Assembly: GCF_963921235.1 (NCBI RefSeq)
Contig: NC_086108.1
Span: 98,148,001-98,212,000 of the forward strand
Origin: Mobula hypostoma
Taxonomy: Eukaryota
Direction: 5' to 3'
DNA: 64,000 bases
In this document: in pieces, positions 1 to 10,869 of the stretch
Layout: each line of letters starts with the position of its first letter
Numbering within the stretch: the stretch's first letter is position 1
The notes under the pieces: model-generated
Told to the model about the DNA's origin: nothing
Database searches by the model: none
The model's input: only the letters and a program-made list of their open reading frames with translations
Position numbers and translations under genes: made by a program

Positions 1-32
1 TTGAGGGATGCAACTTCTGTGAGGGTAAACAT
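1..32 (-). CDS. LRRC8D: Start of LRRC8D coding sequence (VRAC subunit), continues beyond left edge
   Basis: Minus strand from 32: ATG TTT ACC CTC ACA GAA GTT GCA TCC CTC AA = MFTLTEVASL(N). Matches the LRRC8D N-terminus as I recall it (MFTLAEVASLNDIQPTYRILKPWWDVF). Lies 2 nt after a canonical acceptor. Only 10 codons visible. Confidence 0.88.
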   Translation of the reverse strand, partial: MFTLTEVASL

Positions 33-60
33 TCCTGTAAAATAGAAGAAAGGTAATTAC
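33..60 (-). promoter_or_regulatory. LRRC8D: 3' splice acceptor of the LRRC8D start-codon exon
   Basis: Minus strand GTAATTACCTTTCTTCTATTTTACAG|GAATG: polypyrimidine tract, AG at 36-35, exon starts at 34. Confidence 0.85.
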
Positions 61-409
61 AAATGGAGCAAGTGGAAGTTATTTCTGAAAGTCAGCCTAT
101 TCCATCCTCACAGTTTACAGAATATTTGTATCATTCAGAAGCAAGGCAGAAGGTATATGCACTGTAGATCAGAGGAATGAGAGATGATCTTAATGAAACG
201 TAAAATTCCACGGGAGCAGGGGAAGACAGAGCTCGACTCAGCAGAAGCTGAGAAAATGTCAGCCTTTGCAGGATTCTCAAAACTAGGGGACTATCCTTCA
301 AAGGTTGTCGATTTAAGAAGCAGATGAGGAAATATTTCCTCAGTTTCTGAATGTTTGAAATGCCCTACACCAGTGACTGGAATCACTCAATACATTTAAA
401 GATAAAATA

Positions 410-745
410 AACCATAAGGTATAGGTGCATTCTTAGGGTCATTTGGCCCATCGAGTCTGCTCTGCCTTTCCATGAGGGCTGATTTTTTAACCCTTTGAAT
501 CCATTCTCCAGGTTTCTCCCCTTAACTCTTGCTAACCAAGAACCCATTAGTATCCACTTTAAATATACCCAATGACTTAGCCTTTACAGCCACCCGTGGC
601 AATGAATTCCACAGATTTACCACCTTCCGGCTAAAAGAAAATCCTCATTTCTGTTCTAAAGGGCATCCTTGTATTCTGAGGCTGTGCCCTCTGGTCGTAG
701 ACTCCCCCCAATTGGAAACATCCTCCCAACATCCATTCTATCGCA
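410..745 (-). mobile_element. CR1 LINE 3' end fragment
   Basis: Resembles the reverse complement of the CR1 3' end at ~12900-13190 (GESxTRGH-LRI region and GCAGACTCGATGGGCC tail motif). Confidence 0.7.
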
Positions 746-1130
746 GCTCTTTATTTTTTTAATAGATATATTTTTAACTCAATAAAAAGATATGGAGTAC
801 AGATGGGAAATTGGACAAATTGGATCAGATGGCGCTGTACTGAGTGGCGCAGTGAGTTCTAGGGATCTCAAGATCCATTCCATATGTGATCCAATGTGGT
901 TACCAATTCTCACAGATCTCTACTGAGAATGTGGACGGTAGTGCTACTTATAAAATGGTTCCATTTACAAAAGGCAAGGCATTAGGCAATCTTTCCTCCA
1001 ATTTGTAATAACCCATGTGCCCAAAAATCTTGCGCTGTGCAATATTTTTGCCCACTGAATGGTTTCTTCAATAAGAGCAGTATAAATAAGCCAGTTCTAA
1101 AATCTGCAGGTAAATCATCGCAAACTCCAC

Positions 1131-1706
1131 TGTGGAAGAAAATTAAATTTTGAATTAAATTTTGTTGCTAAGCTCGACTAGTTAAGTATTGCCCAAGACT
1201 TGGTTCATGAGGGTGACAGCGATAAGACACAGACTCTGTCTTGCTTGCGGTAGCTAATAATAGGTTACACCGATAATTAGTTATTGCTGACTTTTGTCTG
1301 AGAAGCAAAGTGACTTACAGCCTACCCATCTCATGCTAATAATGAGCTATTGCTAACCTTTGTCCGAGTCTATCTGGCTAATAGGGGGAGTGAATGTGGG
1401 GAGTGCAGTTCCAATTTTGTGTACCGTGTGGAAACATTAGTAGACTGGCTGATACCTAACAAGTGCTTTTTGAAATCACTGAACAAGATTGTTTAGCTGT
1501 TCACTATTGCCCAAGATTTACTGTATAAATTTAAGATGTAACCTGACATTAGTAGAGTCTTGAAATGGCACTCTGTGATCACCTATTAAAGGGTTAATCG
1601 TATACCATGTCTGTGTTTTTATTTGTTTGATAACAGGGTATAGTCTCTCAGAATAAATTGGTGACCAAATTCTCTTATAGTAAATTAGTGATGAAATTCT
1701 TCCATA
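1131..1706 (+). mobile_element. Solo LTR (576 bp), 5-bp TSD
   Basis: Termini TGTGGAAGAA...TTCTTCCATA (9/10 inverted). TSD TCCAC at 1126-1130 and 1707-1711. TATAAAT 1524-1530, ATTAAA 1585, AATAAA 1652. Internal direct repeat TATTGCCCAAGA at 1187 and 1505. Confidence 0.85.
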
Positions 1707-2269
1707 TCCACATTGTCAACACCATCTGCATCAGGAAATGTGATTGTGTACAATCGTGAAATATACTTAACATGCCAACAGGGTAGAGGGTGACAATCTT
1801 TTCTGCGCAGCTTAAATTTCTTTGTGTGTTAGTAGCAAAAGATGTGTGCACACACACATGGGCACAACTGAGAGGACACATTGATGTTAGGGATCTGGAA
1901 GGCCACTGACACACAAGAAACTGCAATCCAGAAAGAGCTCAGCAAGAGCTAACTCTGCCAATATTTCAGAAAGTAGTAAACTGGTTACATTACAATTACG
2001 ACTGTCAAATTTTATATATAAAAAGCAGAAATGCTTGTAATATCCAGTAGATCAGGCAGCATCTGTGGAAAAAGTAGAAGTACGTAATGCTTCAGATAGT
2101 TAACTTTTCATCAGAATAATGAACGGGTAGACTAGCATTTCTCCCCAAAGCCCCACTATGTAGAGAGGCAAGGAAACTTGCATGGAATTTAGGAAGATTC
2201 TATTTTGAGACAAATAGTTGGAGAAAACAAATTTATAATAACAATTAGTTTCCATAGCAATTACATAAT

Positions 2270-4030
2270 AAACTCAAGAAGTTCTACAGATGCTGGAGAT
2301 CCAAAAGCAACACACACAAAATGCATGAGGAACTCACCAGGTCAGGCAGCATCTATGAAAGTGAGTAAACGGTTGATGTTTTGGGGCTGAGACCCTTCGT
2401 AAGGGCTGGAAAGGAAGGGGAAGGAAGCTAGCGAGAAGGTAATAGGTGAAGCCAGGTGGGTAGGAAAGGTAAAGGGCTGGGAAGGAAGGAATCTGATAGG
2501 TGATGCAAGTGGACTATAGGAGAAAGGGAAGGAGGGGGGGACGTGGTAGGGAAGTGAGAAGAGTCCAGAGTGGGGAATAGAAGAGGGGTGGGACAGGGGA
2601 AGGAGAAATTCATTCCATTATGTCAGGCACAATATAAGGTGTTGCTCCTTCACCCTGAAGGTGGCCTTCGTGTAGCACAAGAGGAGGCCGTGGACAGACA
2701 TGTTGGAACGGGAATGGGAATTAAAATGTTTGACCACTGTGAAATTCTACTTTTGGTGGATGGAGTGGAGATGCTTGACACAGCAGACCCCCAATTTTCA
2801 ATGGGTTTCACCGATGTAGAGGAGGCTACATCAGAAGCACTGGACACAATAGACAACCCCAGCAGATTTACAGCTGAAGTGTTGCCTCACCTGAAAGTAT
2901 TGTTTGGGACCATGAATGGATTTGAGGGAGCAGGTGAATGAGCAGGTGTAGCATTTTGGCTGCTTGGAGGGATATGTGCTGCGACAGAGATCAATGGGGA
3001 GGGATGATTGGACAAGGGAATCATGAAGAGAGCAATCTCTGTAGAAAGCGGTAGGGGGCAGGTTGGAGGTAAAGGTATGTTTCATGGTAGGATTCCTTTG
3101 GAGATTGTGGAAGTTGCGGAGGACGAGGAGACCATTGGCTCCTGTCACTGCCCTCAGAGAGGCTGTTGGGTCCCAATGCACTCAGAAATGTTATTAAAAT
3201 TCTGAGATTTATGGATTGGACTGTAGTTCATATTGGCCTCTTTCAGTTCTGTGTCTTTTTTTGTGTTCTTCCCAATTCTTTCTGTTACCGATTTGCAGGA
3301 GCAAGGGAGGGTTGGGGTCTGAGAGTTTTTGTTTCATTTTATTTTTGTGTGGGGGGGATTGAAGTCTTTCTTTCAACTACTTCTATGGTTTTCTGTATTT
3401 TATGGCTATCTGGAGAAGACAAGTCTCAGAGTTGTATTCTGCAGATGTACTTTGATAATAAAGTGAATGTTTGTAAAGAGAAGAGGAACTATCACTGGTG
3501 GAAAGATGGGGTGAGTGCAGATGCTCGGGAAATGGAGGAGATGCAGGTGAGGGCAGCATCAGCGGTGGAGAAAGGGTAACCCTATTCTTTGAAGGAGGAA
3601 GACATCTCTAATATCTTGGAAAGAAGTGCTGTACCCTGGAACCGATGCAGCAGAGACAAAGGAACTGAGGAACGGGAAGAGGATTTTTTTTCTCTCCACA
3701 GGAGACAGGGTGGGAAGAGGTATAGTCAAGATCACTGAGGGGATCAGTAGGTTTATAAAAGATGTCAGAAGGAGGCAGAGAGATCGAGAAAAGGGAGCGT
3801 GGTGACAGAAACAGACCAAATGAATTTAAGGGTAGGGTGGAAGTTGGAGGCAAAGTTGAAGAATTTGATCCATTTAGCGTGGGTACATGAAGCAGAACCG
3901 ATGGAGTTGTAGGAAGAGTTGGGAGCATTACCAGAGAAGACTTGGAACACGGACTGATAAGGGTAGTTAACAAAAAGCCAGGTATAGCTGGAGCCTGTGT
4001 GGGTGACCATTGCTACCCTTCAAGTCTGAA
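2270..4030 (-). mobile_element. Penelope-like retroelement (RT C-terminal part, GIY-YIG endonuclease, pseudo-LTR), decayed
   Basis: Minus-strand fragments FFNFASNFHPTLKFIWS..LPFLDL, DIFYKPTD..LDYTSSHP, KCYTC..GPKQYFQVRQHFSCKSAGVVYCVQC are typical of Penelope RT/GIY-YIG. Pseudo-LTR at ~2270-2600. Confidence 0.88.
3128..3470 (+). mobile_element. Non-autonomous retroposon with Rex-Babar-type tail, inserted in Penelope
   Basis: Interrupts the Penelope reading frame and ends in GTACTTTGATAATAAA, the tail shared by Rex-Babar copies in this window. Confidence 0.55.
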
Positions 4031-4817
4031 GAAAATGGGAGGATTAATACAGTCACAGCCATTTCTGATTTTGGAATCTAAGCCAATCAAGATGAGATTA
4101 TTTAGGGCAGCCCTGGTGCTAACTTTCTGTCAGTACTTCAATAATCTTGAATGAAGAGAAACGGTTTGAACTTCCATATGTCTGAAAGCAGAAACCATAC
4201 AGAAAGGACTAAACTGACATTCAACTTGCACGAAGTACAAGTTCCGAGAAAAGACAGTTTTAATCCTTGAGTCACTGCAAGAAATCGAATGAAATCAACT
4301 ACTTTATAGGAAGTAGTCCATCTACCTCACGATTCATTTCTGTCAGTTATTTACATCAAACGTTTTCTTTTTTGTTCTAATTGTGTTCCTTCTTGCTAAA
4401 TTGGTTCAATTTATGTTTATTTTGCGAATGCTGCTAATCTGATGCTGCAAGTAAGTCTTTCATTGCACTTGTGCATACACAAGTTCATAAGAGGAATGGA
4501 GCAGAATTAGGCCATTTGGCTCATCGGGTCTGCTCCATCACTTCATCATGGCTGACCATGTTCTCTCTCAGCCCCAGTCTTCTGCCTTCTCCCCGTATCC
4601 ATTCATATGCCCTGTACTTGTGCACTTGATAGTAAACGCAACTTGGATTTTGAGGAAAAGTACAATCCACTGACAGATATTAGTAGTGCACTATTGGAAC
4701 GTCTTCTCAGTGTCCACTCAGCTAGGCCTTCCAGCTTAGATTAGATCCAAATTCAAATCCACGTGGGAAAGTATTATATCAATAATCTAAATTCTTCAGT
4801 TTGAGATAATCTGAGGA

Positions 4818-5063
4818 AAGGACAGGTACGTCGCATCTGGAGTTTTCCGGTTAGCGGACGATTTCCCCCCACGCCTCTCTGACGTAGTGGTGGAACTGCG
4901 TACGAGGCAAGTTACAGCAGTGGTTTGCCACTGCCTTCTGCCGGGTGAGTTTCCAAAGAGATCACCAGCTGGTAGCCCAGCACGGATGGAAAGCATGCGG
5001 GGGAGCCGGCTGGATTCGAACTCCGGACCTTTCGTCTCGAAGTCTGGCGCTGATGCCAGGTCT
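4818..5063 (-). mobile_element. tRNA-derived SINE with RTE-derived body
   Basis: 12-bp TSD ATAATCTGAGGA (4806-4817, 5064-5075). Minus-strand B box GTTCGAATCC. GAAGGCAGTGGCAAACCACTGCTGTA resembles the RTE 5' motif of Bov-A/Sauria-type SINEs. CpG-rich. Confidence 0.8.
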
Positions 5064-6293
5064 ATAATCTGAGGAGAATAGTTAAATAGTTAAATTTACA
5101 ACAGATTCATGCTGTATTTAACTTTGTAACCAGTACTTCATTTGAAGAGGGTAGGCAACAATATCAATATACACAAGTTGCTCCTGCTCAGATTCTCATA
5201 TTTATGATTAACAAGTCACTGCAGGTCTAGTGGATGAGCGGTATATGGTATGTTACAGAACAATTTCATAAATCAGCAAAAATGTGGGAGAAAGGAATTT
5301 GCAGGAGGTGGAAAATACCAGTGAGGAGTCTGAAGTTTGCTGCCCCTATACATGGAAAACTATTTTAAAGGCCATAAAGACAAAGCTATGGACCATAAAC
5401 TGGAAATAGGGCTATCCAGATAGTTGGATGAATTAGCCAGCATATATGATGCTGGCCAAATGGTCTCCTTCAACATTTTATAGTTCTACTGAGACTGAAG
5501 TTGTGGTGAACTTGCATTGCTCAGGAAGGGTAGTGAGAACAAGCCAAAGAATCACAGGCTGGTGAGCCTGTCTTCTGTTGTAGGGGAGTTACTGGAGGGA
5601 ATTCTGAGGGACGAGACCGACCATCATTTCCATAGTCAAAGCCTGATCAGGAATAGACAATATGGTTTTGTGGAGAGTCATAACTGACAAATCTTTTGAT
5701 CTTTTTAGGGAGGTAACTAAGGAGATAGATCAAGCTAGGGCATCGTATGTATGCTGAAGGCATGTTCGATTCAACGATTCAAAGATTCAAAGTACATTTA
5801 TTATCAAAGTATCTATGCAGTATACAACCCTGAGATTTGTCTTCTCACAGACAACCTCGAAACAAAGCAACCATGGAACCCCTTCAAAGAAGGACATTAA
5901 ATTCCTTACTCACCCAAAAAAAAAACAAATCGCGTAAATGGCAAAAAGCGAGTGAAAAGCACAGAATATAAAACATCAAACCACAAAGTGATCGAAACAG
6001 TACAGGAGTGTTCAGTTCAATCCAGCACTGCGTTTGCTTGGACTTTAGTAAGGCCTTTTTTTTTTATAATATAATTTTTATTGAGTTTTCAAAAAGAATA
6101 CATGAAAAGATAAAATCTACCCTCCCCCCTCCCCCCCTCCCATACATAGTCCTACCTAAAAAGAAAGAAGAGAAAAAAAAAGGAAGAGCCGCCTGGGTAT
6201 TGGAAGGTTTTCACATGCTCCATGGGATTCAAAATAAATTTGGTATAATTATTCGTTACTTTCCCCAAGGGACCAAGATCTTTATCGGAGCAC

Positions 6294-9200
6294 TTAAATA
6301 TGCCATCCTATCTTTTGTAAATAAGGGCGCCAAATATTCAAAAATGTTACATATTTATCTCTTAAATTATAAGTAATTTTTTCGAGTGTGTTACGTACCC
6401 CGTAACTGGGTTGCCAAACCAGCAGAAATGGATCACTCAGTTGGAGTCTGGAGTACTAGAACTAAGAAAGTTTTATTAAAGAAACAAGCAACACAGTAAC
6501 CGAAAGGATAATAAATGCAACAGTTCAGCGATGATAAACACACATGTGCACAGAATTAAGATAACAGCATCAATCAAGCTCTATCGTTGTCTAGGGGTAA
6601 ATGACCAAATTTCAAAGTGACTCAAAGTTCAGTCCAGTTTAGTAGTTCAGTTCGCAGTAATCGTTGCCATGGCGATGGACAACGTGGGGGAAGAGAGAGA
6701 TAGAACAGGAACAACTGATCATTCAGACACGGCTTCACTCACAGACCGGCGAGATGGCTCACAAGCAACTTTTTTGGGCGGGTCCTTGGTAATGTCACCT
6801 GAGGTCACCGACTGTGACCCCTCCTCCAGATGCGGTCGATCCTCTGCAGTGAACCCGGCACCCAGGCAAGGGCGGACACACACCGGGTTCCCGCTGATCG
6901 TACCTTTCCACCCTGGCCGTTGTCTGGTACTTCTCACCCACTCGTAAGAAGCGTACCGCTTCCAGGGTCTCGTTACCTCGGGTGGCGTGTGTGTCCTGCC
7001 TTAGCGAACCTGTCCCTTTTTATCCCCCTGCTGGGGCATCGCCTGTCCACCACTTCAAACAGTTCAGGGTTCAAAGGGGAAGCCGCTCCCGACAGCTCTC
7101 TCTCCCACGTCCCTTCATTACACATCTCCAGACGCTGCTCCATTGTTCCTTATCTCTCCTTCCCCTGAGGGCAGGTGGCAGACCAACTGCTGATGTCACT
7201 GATGCTAACCCAGGCCAGCAAACATCTTAATTTTATGTGTATTCTCGTCACAAGTGGAATAGAACTAGCCATTTCGTTATTCCAACGATCCATACTTAAA
7301 TACGAATCAGATTTCCAAGTAACTGCTATAGTCTTCTTAGCTACTGCCAATGCAATTTTTATAAGTTCTTTCTGATATTTATTCAATTTAAGTTTCGGCT
7401 TTATCCCTTCAATATCACCTAATAGAAATAATACAGGGTTATGTGGAAGTTGAGTTCCAGTAATTTGTTCCAATAAGACTCTTAAATTTATCCAAAAGGG
7501 TTGAATTTTAAAACAAGACCAAGTAGAATGTAAAAAAGTACCAATTTCTTGATTACACCGAAAGCATTTATCGGATAGATTTGAATTTAATCTATTTATT
7601 TTTTGTGGTGTAATATATAATTGGTGTAAAAAATTATATTGTACTAATCTAAGTCGAACATTTATTGTATTTGTCATACTGTCAAGACAGAGTCTTGACC
7701 AATTTGTTTCATCAATATTAATATTCAGATCTGTTTCCCATTTTTGCTTTGACTTATGGATTCCTTGTTTAATTGTCTGTTCTTGAATCAAATTATACAT
7801 ACAAGAAATAAATTTTTTAATTTTCCCTTTTTGAATTAAAGTTTCAATTTCATTAGGTTTTGGCAAAAACATTGTTTGACCCAGCTTACCTTTTAAGTAA
7901 GCCCTTAATTGAAGGTAACAAAAGAAAGTATTATTTGATATTTTATATTTATCCTTTAGTTGTTCAAATGACATCAATATACCTCGTTCATAACAATCTC
8001 CTATAAATTTAATCCCTTTTTGGTACCAATTATATAAAAGTTGATTGTCCATTGTAAAAGGAATAAGTCTGTTTTGGAACAAAGATCTCCTTGCTAATAG
8101 AGATTTCTGTATTTCATTATCAACATTTATCTTATTCCATAGATCAATCAAATGTGTTAATATAGGAGATTCTTTCTTTTCCCGTATCCATTTGGATTCC
8201 CATTTATATATAAAATCTTCAGGTCTATTTTCTCCTATCTTGTCTAATTCTATTTTAATCCATGCTGGTTTTCGATCATCGAAGAAAGATGCAATAAATC
8301 TAAGTTGATTTGCTTTATAATAATTTTAAAAGTTTGGAAGTTGTAACCCTCCTAACCCAAATTTACATGTCAATTTTTCCAATGATATTCTTGACATTTT
8401 ACCTTTCCAAAGAAATTTTCTCACACATTTATTTAACTCTTGAAAAAATTTCTGTGGCAATTGTATTTGTAATGTTTGAAACAAATACTGTAATCTAGGA
8501 AATATATTCATTTTTACAACATTGACTCTACCTACTAATGTTATTGGTAGTATCATCCATTTGTCAAAATCTTCTTGAATTTTTTTCAATAGTGGTAAAT
8601 AATTAAATTTATATAAATTCTTTACATCATTATCAAGTCTTATACCTAAATACTTTATACCATTTACCAGCATCTAAATTGGGTTACTAATCGACATTGA
8701 CTATAGTCTCCTTTAGTAAGAGGTAAAATTTCACTTTTATCCCAATTTATTTTATAACCTGATACCTTCCCATATTCATCCAATCTAGAAGATAATTTAT
8801 GTAACGAATGTTGTGGGTTTGTTAAGTAAATCAAAACATCATCGGCAAAAAGATTAATTTTATATTCCTCCTGATTAACTCTAAAACCCATAATATCTGG
8901 ATCAATTCTGATTAGTTCTGCTAATGGCTCTATCGCCAGTACAAATAAAGCAGGTGATAATGGACAACCTTGTCTAGTTGACCATTTTAACTGGAATGGT
9001 GTTGAAATTTGAGAGTTTGTCACTACTTTAGCTTTAGGGTTAGAATTTCAAGTTTTAATCCAATTTATAAAAGATGTTCCTAACCTATATTTTTCTAATA
9101 CTTTAAATAAAAAATCCCATTCTAATCTATCAAATGCTTTTTCTGCATCCAAGGCTACTACTGTACTCTTCTCATCCCTTTTTTGTGCCAAATGAATTAT

Positions 9201-9486
9201 ACTGAGTAGCCAGGTTACATTATCTGCCAATTGTCTATTTTTAATAAATCCTGTTTGATCCATATGTATTAATTTTGGTAAATATTTAGATAATCTATTC
9301 AATAAAATTTTTGCTATTATTTTATAATCCGTATTCAATAGAGAAATAGGCCTGTATGATGTTGGTTTCATAGGATCTCTGTCTTTTTTTGGCAATACTA
9401 TTACAATCGCTGTTGAAAAAGATTCTGGGAGTTTATGTGTTTTTTCTGCTTGACGTATTAGTTCCATAAAGAGAGGAAATAATAAA
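6294..9486 (-). pseudogene. L1 ORF2 (RT and C-terminal domain), frameshifted and LTR-interrupted
   Basis: ORF-track pieces 9048-9503, 8664-9023, 8326-8673, 7150-8151. Removing the LTR restores in-frame ...SSIPL|EKITYNLRDKYVTFLNIWRPYLQKIGWHI* with stop at 6296-6294. Confidence 0.9.
6389..7252 (-). mobile_element. Solo LTR (864 bp), 4-bp TSD, Gypsy-like
   Basis: TGTTACG...CGTCACA termini. TSD AGTG at 6385-6388 and 7253-7256. Minus-strand TATA-like GATAAAAA (7024-7017) and AATAAA (6477-6472). GC-rich island within AT-rich L1. Confidence 0.92.
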
Positions 9487-9703
9487 TAGTAAGGCCTTGA
9501 CAAGATGGCTGATCTGGAAGTTTAATGAATTTCAACTTAGTTAAGTATAAGGTGATGTATATTGGTCTGATGAATGTTATGGAACAGCGGGAGCTGGGAA
9601 TGCAATGCATAGTTCCCGGAGAGCAGCTCCGCAATTAGATAGGGTGATGAGGAAGTCATTTAGCATGCAGGCCTTCATCAGTTAGGGCAGCAAATTTCGG
9701 AGA

Positions 9704-10075
9704 AACCCTTGTCGTGGTTTGGAGGCTGGCGTGCCTCAGTGACCCAGAGAGCTGTGTTGGCTGGAGTCAGGGCTTCATGCTTTGGCTCTTGGAAAGATCA
9801 CACATGCCAAACAGGTCAAAGAGCAGAGGGCAGACCAAGAGTGGTCCACTGGTATTCCAGGTTCAGGGGTTCGGCTAACAATCCTGACTGGTAAAACAAA
9901 ACTGCCACTGAACAGCAATGAAGAGTCTTTCTACGTCTGCGCACGGCAGTACTCCTGAGTTTTCACCCTGAACTACATGAGTGACAGTAGTGAAAACTGA
10001 GAGGAAACTCTGAACAACAAAGATGGAGGACCTTCATTGCTGCATTAATTACCAGCGCCGTAACGGGCAGTAGAG
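9704..10075 (+). mobile_element. Non-autonomous RTE (Rex3/Expander-like) bipartite element
   Basis: 5' CCTTGTCGTGGTTTGGAGG..GACCCAGAGAGCTGTGTTGG resembles an RTE 5' UTR. 3' ATGGAGGACCTTCATTGCTGC..GGGCAGTA resembles an RTE 3' end. Partial inverted copy at ~58050-58175. Confidence 0.6.
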
Positions 10076-10869
10076 AGTTATGCAAATCACTGGTGAAAAC
10101 TTGGTCACCCTGTCAAGCTAGAGAGGATGCAGAAGAGATTAACAAAGATACTCCCTGGACTAGAGGGTCTGAATTATAGGGAGAGGCTGGCCATGGGCAG
10201 CTTTATTCTTTGGAGTACAGAAGTATGACAGGTGGATTAAAAGTTGTTTACAAAATAAGGGGTATGTATGTTGGACAGTCATTGCCTTCTCCCAGGGGCA
10301 GGGAGTCCAAAACAAGAGGGCACAGATACAAGAGAAGAGGAGAGAGACTTGAGGGAGACCTGAGAGTTAACTTCTTTACATAGAGAGTAGCAAGACAGAT
10401 ACAATTGCAATATTTAAGAAGCATGGAGGGGAAGAGCTTCGAGTGTAATTGAAGTGCCAGCAACTGGGACTAGGATGGAGGATATTGTGGTCAGGCTGTA
10501 CTAGTTGGGCTGAAGAGGCTTTCCATGTTATACCAAAATCAATCTAATCCTTCCTTCCCACATAACTCCCCATTTCTGCCTGTTCATTCTCCATCAGATT
10601 GTTGCCTGAGCTGCCTGGGTTTCCAGTGTCTTCTGTTTTAATTCTGTGATTATCAGTCCTTGTTCCCATGGGCACCTCTGAAAACTTCTCACGTCTTCCC
10701 TCCAGAGAAGAACTCTATCTGGCAAATCAACGGAATTGCCATCTAAAAAGAGACTGCAATTCTTCAGTGAACCTTTGCTGATGCTGTTCCGTAACTTTAA
10801 TTTGAATGGCATATTCCACGTTTAAAATGAGAGATAAGTAGACCTATTTTAGAATCACTTTCGTGCAAT

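Larger units (their letters stand above)
6058..9486 (-). mobile_element. 5'-truncated L1-clade LINE
   Basis: ORF2 motifs SYRPISLLNTDYKI, QTGF, LDAEKAFD, RQGCPLSP, LFADD and CFRC..HSTWSC knuckle. AATAAA (6082-6077) plus poly(A) tail. TSD TAGTAAGGCCTT at 6046-6057 and 9487-9498. Confidence 0.95.
5540..10530 (+). mobile_element. Decayed CR1 LINE split by several later insertions
   Basis: CR1 RT-like pieces at ~5540-5750, 6035-6057, 9499-9700 and 10075-10530. The DFSKAFDK-type motif (GACTTTAGTAAGGCCTT/GACAAG) is split by the L1. Confidence 0.7.

Noticed and set aside
1655..1675. Primer-binding site (TGGTGACC) indicating proviral internal sequence
   Set aside because: It lies inside the TSD-defined LTR and no gag/pol follows.
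7150..7252. Novel C-terminus of the 333-aa ORF
   Set aside because: Read-through from L1 ORF2 into the inserted LTR; the true C-terminus resumes below 6388.
10693..10743. Possible minus-strand mini-exon (TTTTTAG|ATG...GAC|GTGAGA)
   Set aside because: Splice-like motifs only, with a weak donor; not distinguishable from chance.
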